42,272 nt of DNA from an uncultured Ottowia sp. (GCA_964527755.1 CAZGOL010000002.1:1-42272), one strand, 5' to 3'. Counted from the stretch's first letter, positions 1-9,845 are shown. Notes: generated by a model not told the origin, from the sequence alone. Numbers and translations are program-made.

Positions 1-82
1 CCGTGATGTCGTTGGACTCCGACACCAGGGTTTCGGCCACGCTCTCGCCGACGCGACCCGCGCCCAGGATCAGGATGCGCAT
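1..82 (-). CDS. trkA: Trk potassium uptake NAD-binding subunit, 5' fragment (runs off window)
   Basis: Manual translation from ATG at 82: MRILILGAGRVGESVAETLVSESNDIT; Rossmann GxGxxG typical of the TrkA N-terminus. Confidence 0.85.
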   Translation of the reverse strand, partial: MRILILGAGRVGESVAETLVSESNDIT

Positions 83-132
83 GTCAAGTGGCTTGCGCCA
101 ACCCGCGGGCGATGGGGTGGATGAAAAGTTGA

Positions 133-196
133 TGCTCTCATTTTTATAGCCTGCCTGGCTTGACAGTCAAGCTGTGAGGGGCGATTTAATTCTAAA
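133..196 (-). repeat. ~64 bp intergenic palindromic repeat, copy 1
   Basis: Reverse complement has AAATCG...GCTT-GACTGT-CAAGCC-N7-CTATAAAA, the same layout as the copies at 26587, 32145 and 39641. Confidence 0.65.
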
Positions 197-611
197 GAAG
201 CACGCCATTCATGTAAAACCAGCGCCAGCGGCCATCCGCGGCTTCGCGCATGAAGCGGCTGCGTTCATGCAGGCGCCGGGCCGGTCCGCCGCCCACCCGC
301 GAGCGAGCGACGAACTCGACCTCGGCGTGCGTGGCGTCGAGCACGTGGTGCCGGCGGACCTCCAGCCCAAGCCAGTGCGTGTCTTCGTCAAGGGCCAGTT
401 CGGCCGGGCGCGTGCTGGGGTGCCAGGTGGCTTGCAGATAGGCCGTGTCGCCGCGTACGAAGGCCGAGTAGCGCGAGCGCATCAGCGCCTCGGCGTCGGG
501 TGCGGGCGTGTCGGTCCAGTGTCCCAGGTAGCGGCCGCAGCAGGCGTCATGGGGCGTGCCGGCCGGGCGACCGCCGCAGGGACAGGCGGCTGTTCTGGGG
601 GCATCTGACAT
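192..611 (-). CDS. ychJ: YchJ family protein (SEC-C-like CPCG plus NTF2-like domain)
   Basis: [43 protein letters not shown]; start placed at ATG 611. Confidence 0.9.
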   Translation of the reverse strand: MSDAPRTAACPCGGRPAGTPHDACCGRYLGHWTDTPAPDAEALMRSRYSAFVRGDTAYLQATWHPSTRPAELALDEDTHWLGLEVRRHHVLDATHAEVEFVARSRVGGGPARRLHERSRFMREAADGRWRWFYMNGVLL

Positions 612-737
612 CACTCGAATTCTGGTGGTGTTGCTATCGCCAGCGCTCGCCGTGGCTGGGCTTGCACCGGCCACAGGCACTGTCCCCTGCAGGAGGGTGG
701 GCGAAACATCGCGCAGCGCGTGGAAGCCGGAGGCGTT

Positions 738-1874
738 TCACAGCGCTCGCGTGATGATGATCTTCTGCACGTCGCTGGTGCCCTCGTAGATCTGGCACAC
801 GCGCACGTCGCGGTAGATGCGCTCGAGCGGAAAGTCGCTGACGTAGCCGTAGCCGCCCAGGGTCTGGATGGCAGCGCTGCACACGGCCTCGGCCGTCTCG
901 GTGGCAAACAGCTTGGCCATGGCGGCTTCCTTCAGGCAGGGGCGGCCGGCGTCGCGCAGGGACGCCGCGTGCCAGATCAGCTGACGCGCGGCTTCCAGCC
1001 GGGTGGCGCAGTCGGCCAGCCGGAAGGCCACGGCCTGGTGGTTGATCAAGGTCGTTCCAAAGCTCTCGCGCTCCTTGGCGTAGGCAATGGCCGCCTCCAG
1101 CGCGCTGCGCGCCATGCCGACGCTCTGCGCGCCAATGCCGATGCGTCCACCTTCCAGTGCCGACAGGGCGATCTTGTAGCCCTCACCCTCCTCGCCGATC
1201 CGGTTGGAAGCCGGCACGCGGCAGTCCTGCAGATTGATCTGCGCCGTGTCGCTGGAATGCTGACCCAGCTTGTCCTCGATGCGCGCCACTTGCCAGCCGC
1301 CATTGCCCAGGCGGTGTGTCGGCACGACGAAGGCGCTCATGCCGCGCTTGCCAGCCGCCTTGTCGGTGACGGCAATCACGATGGCGGCGTGGCCGTTCTG
1401 CCCACTGGTGATGAACTGCTTGACGCCATTGATGACGTAGTCGTCGCCCTGCCGCACGGCCGTGGTGCGCAGGGCCGAGGCGTCGCTGCCCACGTGCGGC
1501 TCGGTCAGCGCAAAGGCGCCCAACATCTCGCCGCGCGCGGCCGGCACCAGCCACTGCTGCTTTTGCGCCTCGCTGCCGTAGCGCATCAGGATGGCGTTGT
1601 AGGGGCAGTTGGTGACGCTGATCGGCGTGCTGGTGCCGCCGTCGCCGGCGGCGATTTCTTCCAGCACCAGCGCCAGGGTCAGGTAGTTCAGGCCCGCGCC
1701 CCCGTATTCCTCGGGAACACAAATGCCGTAGGCGCCCAGATCGGCCAGCCCTTTGTGGGCCGCTTCGGGGAAGGTGTGGGCCTGGTCCCATTGCGCGGCG
1801 TGCGGCCACAGCTCCTGTTGCGCAAAGGCGCGCACGGCGTCACGGATCATGAGTTGGTCTTCGGTGAGCAGCAT
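738..1874 (-). CDS. Acyl-CoA dehydrogenase (short/branched-chain type)
   Basis: [47 protein letters not shown]. Confidence 0.95.
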   Translation of the reverse strand: MLLTEDQLMIRDAVRAFAQQELWPHAAQWDQAHTFPEAAHKGLADLGAYGICVPEEYGGAGLNYLTLALVLEEIAAGDGGTSTPISVTNCPYNAILMRYGSEAQKQQWLVPAARGEMLGAFALTEPHVGSDASALRTTAVRQGDDYVINGVKQFITSGQNGHAAIVIAVTDKAAGKRGMSAFVVPTHRLGNGGWQVARIEDKLGQHSSDTAQINLQDCRVPASNRIGEEGEGYKIALSALEGGRIGIGAQSVGMARSALEAAIAYAKERESFGTTLINHQAVAFRLADCATRLEAARQLIWHAASLRDAGRPCLKEAAMAKLFATETAEAVCSAAIQTLGGYGYVSDFPLERIYRDVRVCQIYEGTSDVQKIIITRAL

Positions 1875-1926
1875 GGTGGCCTTCCTCGGGTCGCGTTTCG
1901 ATGGTTCAGCGGGCGAAGCGGTCTTG

Positions 1927-2601
1927 CTACCAGCAGGTCAGCCGACTGCCGTCGTGATTGAAGAAAGCGCCGTTGTCGGCCGCGGTCGCACTCGCCAGGG
2001 TCACGCGCAGGCGCGTCACGCTGTCGGTCACGCGCACGGGCGCTTGCGTGCCGCCCATGTCGGTGCGCACCCAGCCGGGGTGAAACAGGACGAACAAGGC
2101 CTGCGGGTAGCTGTGGCGCGCCGCGGCCACCGCCATGTTTAACGCTGCCTTGCTGACGCGGTATAGCCAGGCGTTGCTGCCACTCGCGGTGCCGATCTGG
2201 CCCATCGTGCTGCTCAGGAACCCGAAGCGCCCGCGCGCGGCCTCCACCAGTGGCGCCACTCGCGGGATCACCTGCATGGCACCCAGCACGTTGGCGTGCA
2301 TCACGCGGTCGAAATCGGCGCAGGTCGGTACCTGGCTCGCGTCGGCGCGCGAGCACATCACGCCGGCGACGTGCCAGGCGGTGTCGATCTTCGTGCCCTC
2401 CAGTTGCGTCGCCAGGGCGTTCACGCTGGAGGGGTCGGTGACGTCAAGTTGCAGTGCCTGGGCCACGCCCAGTTCGCGCAAAGCCGCCAGACCGCCCGCG
2501 TCGCGTGCGGTGGCGATCACGCGGTCACGCGCGAACACGTGCTGGCGCGCCAGTTCGAGACCGATGCCGCGCGACGCGCCGAGGATCAGGGTGGTGGCCA
2601 T
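1927..2601 (-). CDS. SDR family oxidoreductase (CsgA/C-factor-like)
   Basis: GASRGIG, catalytic YRVSK, HPGWVRTDMGG. Confidence 0.9.
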   Translation of the reverse strand: MATTLILGASRGIGLELARQHVFARDRVIATARDAGGLAALRELGVAQALQLDVTDPSSVNALATQLEGTKIDTAWHVAGVMCSRADASQVPTCADFDRVMHANVLGAMQVIPRVAPLVEAARGRFGFLSSTMGQIGTASGSNAWLYRVSKAALNMAVAAARHSYPQALFVLFHPGWVRTDMGGTQAPVRVTDSVTRLRVTLASATAADNGAFFNHDGSRLTCW

Positions 2602-2661
2602 GTCGGATCGAAAGAGCGGTCGAATGGGGCGCGTGGCGCGGCTCGCGCCGCGCCCAGGCGA

Positions 2662-2997
2662 TCATCCGAAGCGCGCCAGCGCCTCGGCCCGGGTCGATTC
2701 GACGTTCAGGATCGACAGAAACCCGCTGATGTCGAACACCTCGCGCACGTGGGGCTGCATACCGCACAGCACAAGTCGCCCGCCCTCCGCCTTCAGGCGC
2801 TTGGCCAGCACCAGAACCATGCGCAAGCCGGCGCTGGAGATGTAGTCCAGCGCACCGAATTCCAGCACGAGCGCCCTCACGCCACCTTCGACGAGAGCCA
2901 GAATTTCGGTTTCCAGTCCAGCGGCGTTGGCGCTGTTGATCTGGCCCTGCAGCAGGACGATGGTGGCGGACGCGGTTTTTTCGGTGGCGATCGTCAT
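2662..2997 (-). CDS. STAS-domain anti-sigma factor antagonist (SpoIIAA/RsbV-like), 111 aa
   Basis: LQGQINSANA, LDYISSAGLR with the conserved phospho-acceptor Ser, VREVFDISG; start at ATG 2997. Confidence 0.92.
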   Translation of the reverse strand: MTIATEKTASATIVLLQGQINSANAAGLETEILALVEGGVRALVLEFGALDYISSAGLRMVLVLAKRLKAEGGRLVLCGMQPHVREVFDISGFLSILNVESTRAEALARFG

Positions 2998-3103
2998 GTC
3001 AGAATCTTCGGTCAAGTGGGGAGGCCCTGTCGCTTCGCGCGATTCGCAGCGATGATAGCGCGGCCCCTCGCGCACATTGGCCACCAAAACCCGCCCACCA
3101 CCC

Positions 3104-4855
3104 ATGCCCATGTTGCGTCTTCCGGCCTCACCGCCCCGCCGACGCCCGCCCGAGCTGGTGTACGCCGGCTCCGAGCGCCCGCCGGTCGGCGCGCTCCTGG
3201 TGCTGACGGTGCAGCACGCGGCCACGGCGATGGCCTTCATCGCCTACGTGCTGGTCGCCGCCCACATGGCCGGGCTTGATCGCTCGGCCACCCAGTCGGT
3301 GGTGGCCGTGACGCTGCTGGCGATGGCGCTGGGCACCGCGCTGCAGGCGTGGGGCGGGCGTTGGGGCAGCGGCAGCCTGCTCGTGCACATGCCCAGCCCG
3401 TTCATGATCGCCGTCGCGTCGGCCCTGATGGCGGCGTACGGGCCCGGGGGGCTCGCCGGTGCGACCCTGATCTACGGCGCAACCGCCATCGTGATCGCGC
3501 CGCTGGTGCGCCATCTGCGACCGCTGTTTCCACCGCCCGTGGTGGGCGCGGTGATCTGCATGGGCGGCATCGCGCTGGTGGCGTCGTCGGTGCGCCAATC
3601 GCTGGGCGTCGACGGGGACAACTGGCACGTGAATGGCACCAGTGCACTGGTGGCGGCCATCACGCTGGGCGGCATCGTGTTGTTGACGGTCTGGGGTGGG
3701 CGCCTGCGCCTGATGGCGCTGCTGCTGGCGATTGCCGCCGGGGTGGCCGTGACGGCTTTGCTGGGACAGCTCGAAGGAACCCAGGCGTTGCAGGGCGTGC
3801 CCTTGCTGGCCCTGCCCCAGGTGAGCAAGCCGGTGTTCGGGCTCGACGCCGGGATGGCGATGGCCACGGTGCTGGTGGCGATCCTGACGCAGCTCGACAC
3901 GCTGGGCAGCGTGACCATCGTGGACAAGATGGACGATGCCGACTGGAAGCGCGCCAACCTGCAGTCCATCGGAGGCGGGATCCGGGCCAACGGCCTGGGC
4001 GACCTGTGCCTGGGCCTGTTCGGGAGCTTCCCGACGGCAACCAGTTCCGCCAACATTGCGCTGGCCTACGCCACGCGGTCCACCGCGCGCGTCGTTGGTC
4101 TGACCACGGCGGCGCTGCTTGCGTTGGTCGCATTCCTGCCGCAACTGACGATGGCCCTCACGCTGGTGCCCGGACCGGTGCTGGGTGCGGTGGGACTGTA
4201 CGCGGCGGCGTTTCTGATCGTCTCGGGGATGGAGTTGGCGATGTCGCGCGCCATCGACAGCCGCATCGTCTTCGCCATCGGTTTGTCGCTGTGCGCCGGG
4301 TTGGCCCTGCTGCAGATGCCGCAGCTGGCACAGGACGTTCCGCCTTGGGCGCACTTCCTGCTGGGCGATGGCTTCGTCGTCGCCGGCGTGCTGGTGATCG
4401 CGTTGAATCTGCTCTTTCGCCTCGGCACCTCGCAGCGTGCACAGTTGCCCCTGCAGGCCGGCAGCCGCGCGCTGCACACCGACATCACGGGCTTCGTCGA
4501 GACGCAGGGTGCCGCCTGGGGCGCGCGCCGCGCCGTCGTGCAACGTGCCGCCTTGGCGGCGCTGGAAGCGGCCGAAGCCATTGCCAGCGCTGGCGAGGGG
4601 CGGCACGTCATCGCCTTGCGTGGCCACTTCGACGAATTCAACCTGGACCTGGACCTGCTGCACAGCGGGGCCCCCCTTGAGTTGACCGTGGGAACGGCGC
4701 CTGGCACCGCTGCGCTGCTCGATGGCGACGACGACAGCGCGATCGATGCCGCGCTGGCCCAGATGTCGGGTCTTCTGCTGCGCCACCTGGCCGATCGTGT
4801 AAGCACCGGTGAGAGCGCTGGCCAAGCGGTGCTGAAGCTGCACTTCGAGCATTGA
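3104..4855 (+). CDS. NCS2 (uracil/xanthine permease) family transporter with ~140 aa C-terminal soluble domain
   Basis: TM1 VQH, LRPLFPPPVVGAVI, GGIRANGLG, signature-like SANIALAYATR, PGPVLGAV; start could be 3104 or 3110. Confidence 0.85.
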   Translation: MPMLRLPASPPRRRPPELVYAGSERPPVGALLVLTVQHAATAMAFIAYVLVAAHMAGLDRSATQSVVAVTLLAMALGTALQAWGGRWGSGSLLVHMPSPFMIAVASALMAAYGPGGLAGATLIYGATAIVIAPLVRHLRPLFPPPVVGAVICMGGIALVASSVRQSLGVDGDNWHVNGTSALVAAITLGGIVLLTVWGGRLRLMALLLAIAAGVAVTALLGQLEGTQALQGVPLLALPQVSKPVFGLDAGMAMATVLVAILTQLDTLGSVTIVDKMDDADWKRANLQSIGGGIRANGLGDLCLGLFGSFPTATSSANIALAYATRSTARVVGLTTAALLALVAFLPQLTMALTLVPGPVLGAVGLYAAAFLIVSGMELAMSRAIDSRIVFAIGLSLCAGLALLQMPQLAQDVPPWAHFLLGDGFVVAGVLVIALNLLFRLGTSQRAQLPLQAGSRALHTDITGFVETQGAAWGARRAVVQRAALAALEAAEAIASAGEGRHVIALRGHFDEFNLDLDLLHSGAPLELTVGTAPGTAALLDGDDDSAIDAALAQMSGLLLRHLADRVSTGESAGQAVLKLHFEH

Positions 4856-4862
4856 GCGCGTG

Positions 4863-5306
4863 ATGACCGATTCAGCCTGGCCGCCATGGATGGCACCGCC
4901 CGATCGCCTGGATCCGGGCAGTGGCACGCAGGCGGTCGTGGACGCGCTCGGGTGGCTGGAGACGCTGGGCGAACGCCAGGACTGGCCTGCCAGGGTGCGG
5001 CTGGCGCTGACGTTGTGTGCGGACGAGGCGCTCGCCAACGTGGTGCGCCACGCCCGGACGCCGGCGGGCGAGCCGGCGCGCATGTGGCTGGCCTGCGGCC
5101 CGACACCCGATGGTTGGGCGCTGTGTGTCGAAGACGACGGTACGTCCTTCGATCCGACTGGACGGCAGATGCCGCCGCTGGCGCCCTCGCTCGACGACGC
5201 GCGCGTCGGAGGTCATGGCCTGCGCCTGATGCGCCACTACCTGCACCGCCTGCTCCATCGACGCGAGGGCGACCGAAACGTGCTACTGCTCGAAGTGGCC
5301 CGCTAG
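4863..5306 (+). CDS. RsbW/SpoIIAB-like Ser kinase / anti-sigma factor (HATPase_c_2)
   Basis: N-box DEALANVVRHA, G1 EDDGTSFDP, G2 GGHGLRLMR. Confidence 0.9.
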   Translation: MTDSAWPPWMAPPDRLDPGSGTQAVVDALGWLETLGERQDWPARVRLALTLCADEALANVVRHARTPAGEPARMWLACGPTPDGWALCVEDDGTSFDPTGRQMPPLAPSLDDARVGGHGLRLMRHYLHRLLHRREGDRNVLLLEVAR

Positions 5307-5335
5307 CGGTCTTCGCCGGCACATCTTTCCGTTCC

Positions 5336-6064
5336 ATGCCTGACCGAGACCGAACCTTGACCAACGATCGCCCTGACCACGACGACGACCACGACCAACG
5401 CGGCATCGCGCACCTTCTGGCAGGCATCAAGCGCTTTCGCCAGCGTTTCTACGAGCACAACAGGGCACTGATGCAGGGCCTGGTGCAGCATGGACAGCAT
5501 CCGCCGGCCCTGGTGATTTCGTGCAGCGACTCGCGCGTCGATCCGGCTTTGCTGTCGGGCGCTGATCCGGGCGAGCTGTTCGTGCTGCGCAATGTGGCCA
5601 ATCTGGTGCCACCCTACGATCCGTCCCACCCCATGGACGGCGCTGGCGCCGCCATCGAGTACGCGGTGCGTGACCTGAAGGTGCCCAACATCATCGTGCT
5701 GGGCCACGCCCATTGCGGCGGCATCAAGGCGATGCTGGGGGCCGCGGGCGGCCAGTGGCCCGAACGCGACTTCATCGGCAACTGGGTCTCGCTTGCGCTC
5801 GATGCAAGCCGGCTCCAGTTGTCGGAAAAGGATGTGCAGGGCAAACCGGTCCAGGCGTCGCTGGAGCGGTTGCGCGAAAACCCGGCGCTCGTCGAGCGGG
5901 CTTCGGTGGCTGGATCGCTCAAGAACCTGCTTACCTATCCTTGGGTGCGCGTGCGCGTCGATGCGGGCGATCTGGTTCTGCACGGCTGGTGGTTCGATCT
6001 GGACACGGGGGACCTGTGGGCCACCGAACCCGGGGGAACCCGGCTGTTGCCGGTGCTCGACTGA
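5336..6064 (+). CDS. Beta-class carbonic anhydrase
   Basis: CSDSR, GELFVLRNVANLVPPY, HAHCGG zinc ligands, LHGWWFDL; start is ATG 5336 or TTG 5357. Confidence 0.93.
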   Translation: MPDRDRTLTNDRPDHDDDHDQRGIAHLLAGIKRFRQRFYEHNRALMQGLVQHGQHPPALVISCSDSRVDPALLSGADPGELFVLRNVANLVPPYDPSHPMDGAGAAIEYAVRDLKVPNIIVLGHAHCGGIKAMLGAAGGQWPERDFIGNWVSLALDASRLQLSEKDVQGKPVQASLERLRENPALVERASVAGSLKNLLTYPWVRVRVDAGDLVLHGWWFDLDTGDLWATEPGGTRLLPVLD

Positions 6065-6074
6065 TGGCACCCTG

Positions 6075-7799
6075 ATGCGCCGCCCTGAAAACATCGCCTT
6101 CGGGGTGGCCGACTGGCTGCCTCCGCGGCTGGCGCTGGGGCTGGCGCTGCAGCAACTCGCCTACCTCGGCGCGCTGATGGTGATCCCGGACATCTACGTG
6201 CGCACCGCCCAGGTGCAGTTGTCGGGCGGATTTCTGAGCATCGCAGCCACCACGCTGCTGGTGGCGGCGCTGGTGATTTTGCTGCAGGTGCGTGCGCTGC
6301 GTTATCTGGGCGCGGGCTACTACTACCCGCTGCAGGCCACGGGGGCGGTGCTGCCGGGCATGTACCTGGTGGGTGCATTGCCGGGCGTGGGGCAGGAGGC
6401 GGTTTTCGGCATGCTGTGGGTGGTGGGACTCACGCAAATCGGGTTCAGCTTCATCATCATGCGCTTACGCAACGTTTTCACTGCCGAGGTTTCCGGCGTC
6501 GCGGTGCTGCTGATCGGGCTCGGGCTGGGCACGTTGGGCCTGCAGCAGATTTTCGGCAGCGGGCCGGGTGGACGGGCACCAGAGGGCGGCTCCATGCTGG
6601 CGGGTGGGTTGGCGCTGGCGGTGATGGTGGGTTGCAACGTCTGGGCACGCGGCTTGCTGAAGCTGATGGCGCCGCTGGTGGGGTTGCTGGCCGGCGTGGC
6701 GGTGGGCTTGCTGCTTGACCTGGTGCCGGATCGCCAGCAGGCGTGGGTGGCGCTGGAGTGGCTGCACCTGCCGGATGTGCCAGTGTTCGGCTGGAGCTTC
6801 GAGCCGCGCGCCATCGTGCCCTACGCGATCACGGGCTTCGCGCTGGCGCTCACCTCGTTGGGTACCCAGACCATCGTGCAGCGCAACGCGGATGCCGACT
6901 GGGCTCGCCCGTACCTGGGTGCGCTGGCCGGTGGTGTGCGCGCCGAAGGGATCGGTCATCTGGTGGCGGCGTTCTTGAACGCCTTGCCCATGGCAGCGAG
7001 CGGGGGGGCCGTCAGCCTGGCGGCTGCGTCGGGCAGCGTGAGCCGTTACCTGGGGTACTGGACCGCCCTGTTGTTGCTGCTGGCGGCGTTCATGCCGCGG
7101 TTGATCGGCCTGTGGCTGCTGCTGCCGCCGCCGGTAGTGGGCGCGCTACTCTTGTACCTGTCGGCCTTCACCTCGCTCAGCGGGCTCGGGCTGATCACGT
7201 CGCGCATGCTGGACAACCGCCGTATTCTGGCGGTTGGCCTGGGGTTGGTGGTGGGTACGGGCAAGCCGATCATCGATCCAGCCATCGACGAACTGTGGCC
7301 GGTGCTCGAGAACGTGATGTTGTCGGGGCTGGCGGCCGGCATTTGCGTGACGGTACTGGCCTCGGCGCTGTTTCGCATCGGCGAGCGCAGGGGCACGCAG
7401 CGGCACTTCGTGCTGGCGGACACCACGCTGGACGACATCACCGAATTTCTGGAGGGACAGGGCAAGCGCTGGGGTGCACGCCACGACCCGGTGCGACGCG
7501 CCGAACTGGTTGGCTGGCAGGTGGTCGAGGCACTCACCGCACACCACCTGATCGCTTCCGAATCGGGCGTGATCGATGTCGAGACCGATTTCGACGAGTA
7601 CACCTTCACCCTGATCGTCCGCTACCGCGGGCTGCTGCTGCCACTGGCCAAGGAGCCTCCCTCGGCCGATGAACTGATCGTCAACACCGAGGCGGAATTG
7701 CAGATGGCTGGCTATCTCGTCGGGCGCTCGGCCCACCGTGCGCGCGCCAGCCGCGGCAGCGACGGACAGTGCGTGCTCCGGCTGGTGTTCGAGAACTGA
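6075..7799 (+). CDS. Second, more degenerate NCS2-family permease with C-terminal soluble domain
   Basis: LALQQ, LRNVFTAEVSGV, GGVRAEGIG, PPPVVGALL; C-terminal domain homologous to that of 3104-4855; ATG 10 nt after the CA stop. Confidence 0.8.
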   Translation: MRRPENIAFGVADWLPPRLALGLALQQLAYLGALMVIPDIYVRTAQVQLSGGFLSIAATTLLVAALVILLQVRALRYLGAGYYYPLQATGAVLPGMYLVGALPGVGQEAVFGMLWVVGLTQIGFSFIIMRLRNVFTAEVSGVAVLLIGLGLGTLGLQQIFGSGPGGRAPEGGSMLAGGLALAVMVGCNVWARGLLKLMAPLVGLLAGVAVGLLLDLVPDRQQAWVALEWLHLPDVPVFGWSFEPRAIVPYAITGFALALTSLGTQTIVQRNADADWARPYLGALAGGVRAEGIGHLVAAFLNALPMAASGGAVSLAAASGSVSRYLGYWTALLLLLAAFMPRLIGLWLLLPPPVVGALLLYLSAFTSLSGLGLITSRMLDNRRILAVGLGLVVGTGKPIIDPAIDELWPVLENVMLSGLAAGICVTVLASALFRIGERRGTQRHFVLADTTLDDITEFLEGQGKRWGARHDPVRRAELVGWQVVEALTAHHLIASESGVIDVETDFDEYTFTLIVRYRGLLLPLAKEPPSADELIVNTEAELQMAGYLVGRSAHRARASRGSDGQCVLRLVFEN

Positions 7800-7824
7800 C
7801 CGGAGCGCGTCCGCGGCCGGGAAC

Positions 7825-9843
7825 TCAAGCGGGCGCGCCGCGATAGCGCAGCACCATGCACGTGATGTCGTCGGCGCGAGGCGCACCGCGCTCGAAGGCA
7901 CGCACGTCGGCCACGATACCGGTGCCGATGCTGGCGGGAGATGGTTCGCCGAGCGCGAGCAATTGCTGCAGGGTTCGCTCCAGACGCGTTTCGCCGTAAG
8001 TCGCGCCATCGACGTCGAAGGCTTCGGTCACGCCGTCGGTGTAGAGGAACAGTTGGTCGCCCGGCCGCAACTCGATGCGGGCGCTGTTGTATGACACATC
8101 CTCTTCGACGGCCACGGCCATGCCGCCGGTGCGCGCCAGCGGCTCGACCTCTTTCCCGGCGCGCAGCAGGCAGGGCGGGTTGTGGCCGGCGTTGACGTAT
8201 TCCAGACGACCGCTGTCCAGCTCCAGCACGCCGTAGAACAGAGTGACGAACAGCATCTGCTCGTTTTCGGTGGCCAGCAGGCGGTTGAGCTCAGCGATGC
8301 AGCGCGTGGGTTCGGCGATGAACTGCGCCATGGCCTTGAGCAGCGTGCGCGCGATGGTCATGAACAGCGCGGCCGGCACGCCCTTGCCCGAGACGTCGGC
8401 AATGACGAAGCCCAGATGATCGCGGTCGATCAGGAAGTAGTCGTAGAAGTCGCCGCCCACTTCGCGTGCCGGCACGATCTGGCAATGCAGTTCGATGCGC
8501 GCATCGCGTGGTGGTCGGTGCGGCAGGATGCTCAGTTGCACCTGCGCGGCGATCTGCAGTTCCTGCTCCAGGCCCGCCAGTCGTGTCTTGGTGACGAGTG
8601 CCTCGCGCAGCTCCTGCACCATGTCGGTGAGACGCTGGTGTTGATCGATCAGCCGGCCCGAGAGCTCATTCATCACGCCGGTCAGTTGGCGCAACTGCTC
8701 CTCGTCGCTGGCGCTGCCCTCAAGCGCGAAGGGCTGTCCGGTGGCCGTGGCAAGCTGCTCCAATCGGGCGCGCAGCAGACGCTCCTGGCGTCGACGCACG
8801 CGCTCGCGCAGCGCACGCGCAGCCAGCAGCTCCTGCGCCGTTGCACGAAATCGCGCGATGGCATCCGCGATGCGCCCGATCTCGTCGTTGTCGCCCAGCG
8901 GCAAGTGGACGCTGGTGTCGCCGCGGGCAAGTGCCTGCAGGGCGTCCACCGATTTTTCCAGTGGCTGCAGGTTGCGGCGCAGATACCAGTGGAGCCCCAG
9001 CAGGATGCTCAGCAGGAGGACTGCGGTTCCGCCGAGCGCCAGTCGTCCGAGGAACGCGCTGGCGCGCGCTTCGGGCGTGTGGTCGGTGAGGGTCACCAGG
9101 GTCCCGGCAATCTGGCCGGCCAGGTCACGCACCGGCAGGCTGCTGACCGCGTATTCGTGCCCGTTTAGACTGAGTTCGTCGAACGCCGCTGCACGCAGCG
9201 CCACGTACGGTGCCGCCAGGTGCCACAGGGCCTCGTCCGTGCTGGCGAGCAGGCGGCCGCGCAAGTCCAGCAGCGTCGCCTGCGTTCCGGTCTGTTTTGC
9301 CAGTTGCTGCAACGCCAGTCCCGCATCGCGCCCCAGCACGAGTACCAGCGGCTCGCGCTGGGTGAGCAACCGTCGGGTCGAGATGACCAGGGCACGTTCG
9401 CCGCCGACCAGGCGCAGGCCATCGACCGCGTCACCGATGAGGGTCCGCTCCAGACTCTCGCCATCCAGCAGAGGTCGTTCGATTTGTTGCCCCAGCACCA
9501 GCGGCGGACGCCCACCGCCCAGGACGGCCAGCAGTTGCAACGACTGCTCTGGACCCAACCGCAAGCCCTGGCGTGCCAGGCCGGCCTCCAGGCCCGCTGC
9601 ATCGCCGCGTTCGGCGGCCTGTGCAAATTCGGGCAGCAGGCTGAGGTTGTCGTTGTACTGGTCCAACTCGCGATCCTGCGCCGCGAGCATCTGTTGCCAC
9701 TGCCCCGCTTGCTCTGCCTGTGCGGAGCTCGCCAGCCGCTGTCGCAGCAATTCCTCGCGCAGCAAGCCGGCAGCGCCCAGGCCAAGCGCGGAAACCACGA
9801 GGCCTGTAGCCACCATGGCGGTGATGCGGGTCCGAAGCAGCAT
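7825..9843 (-). CDS. Membrane SpoIIE/RsbU-family PP2C phosphatase with periplasmic (Cache-like) domain and HAMP
   Basis: Two TM segments, HAMP (PL...LARGD...DEIGRIA), VGGDFYD, IADVSGKG, NAGHNPP, LYTDGVTEA, DDIT. Confidence 0.93.
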   Translation of the reverse strand: MLLRTRITAMVATGLVVSALGLGAAGLLREELLRQRLASSAQAEQAGQWQQMLAAQDRELDQYNDNLSLLPEFAQAAERGDAAGLEAGLARQGLRLGPEQSLQLLAVLGGGRPPLVLGQQIERPLLDGESLERTLIGDAVDGLRLVGGERALVISTRRLLTQREPLVLVLGRDAGLALQQLAKQTGTQATLLDLRGRLLASTDEALWHLAAPYVALRAAAFDELSLNGHEYAVSSLPVRDLAGQIAGTLVTLTDHTPEARASAFLGRLALGGTAVLLLSILLGLHWYLRRNLQPLEKSVDALQALARGDTSVHLPLGDNDEIGRIADAIARFRATAQELLAARALRERVRRRQERLLRARLEQLATATGQPFALEGSASDEEQLRQLTGVMNELSGRLIDQHQRLTDMVQELREALVTKTRLAGLEQELQIAAQVQLSILPHRPPRDARIELHCQIVPAREVGGDFYDYFLIDRDHLGFVIADVSGKGVPAALFMTIARTLLKAMAQFIAEPTRCIAELNRLLATENEQMLFVTLFYGVLELDSGRLEYVNAGHNPPCLLRAGKEVEPLARTGGMAVAVEEDVSYNSARIELRPGDQLFLYTDGVTEAFDVDGATYGETRLERTLQQLLALGEPSPASIGTGIVADVRAFERGAPRADDITCMVLRYRGAPA

Positions 9844-9845
9844 GG

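Noticed and set aside
2998-3103. Imperfect inverted repeat (TCGCT...AGCGA) in the divergent STAS/permease spacer
   Set aside because: Too short and GC-rich to distinguish from chance; no clear promoter consensus could be called
3128-5083. 651 aa minus-strand ORF (and similar long overlapping ORFs such as 16217-17929, 34531-36180 and 39644-41527)
   Set aside because: Antisense to well-supported genes, biased Arg/Gln/Ala composition, no family motifs
4886-6064. Apparent N-terminally extended proteins in the ORF track (CA 392 aa; also 5793-7799, 10645-12036, 12500-13525, 29026-31572)
   Set aside because: Extensions overlap upstream genes in another frame; downstream starts adjacent to or coupled with upstream stops fit better, so these are not real fusions
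7800-7824. Terminator at the convergent permease/phosphatase junction
   Set aside because: No convincing stem with a U-tract
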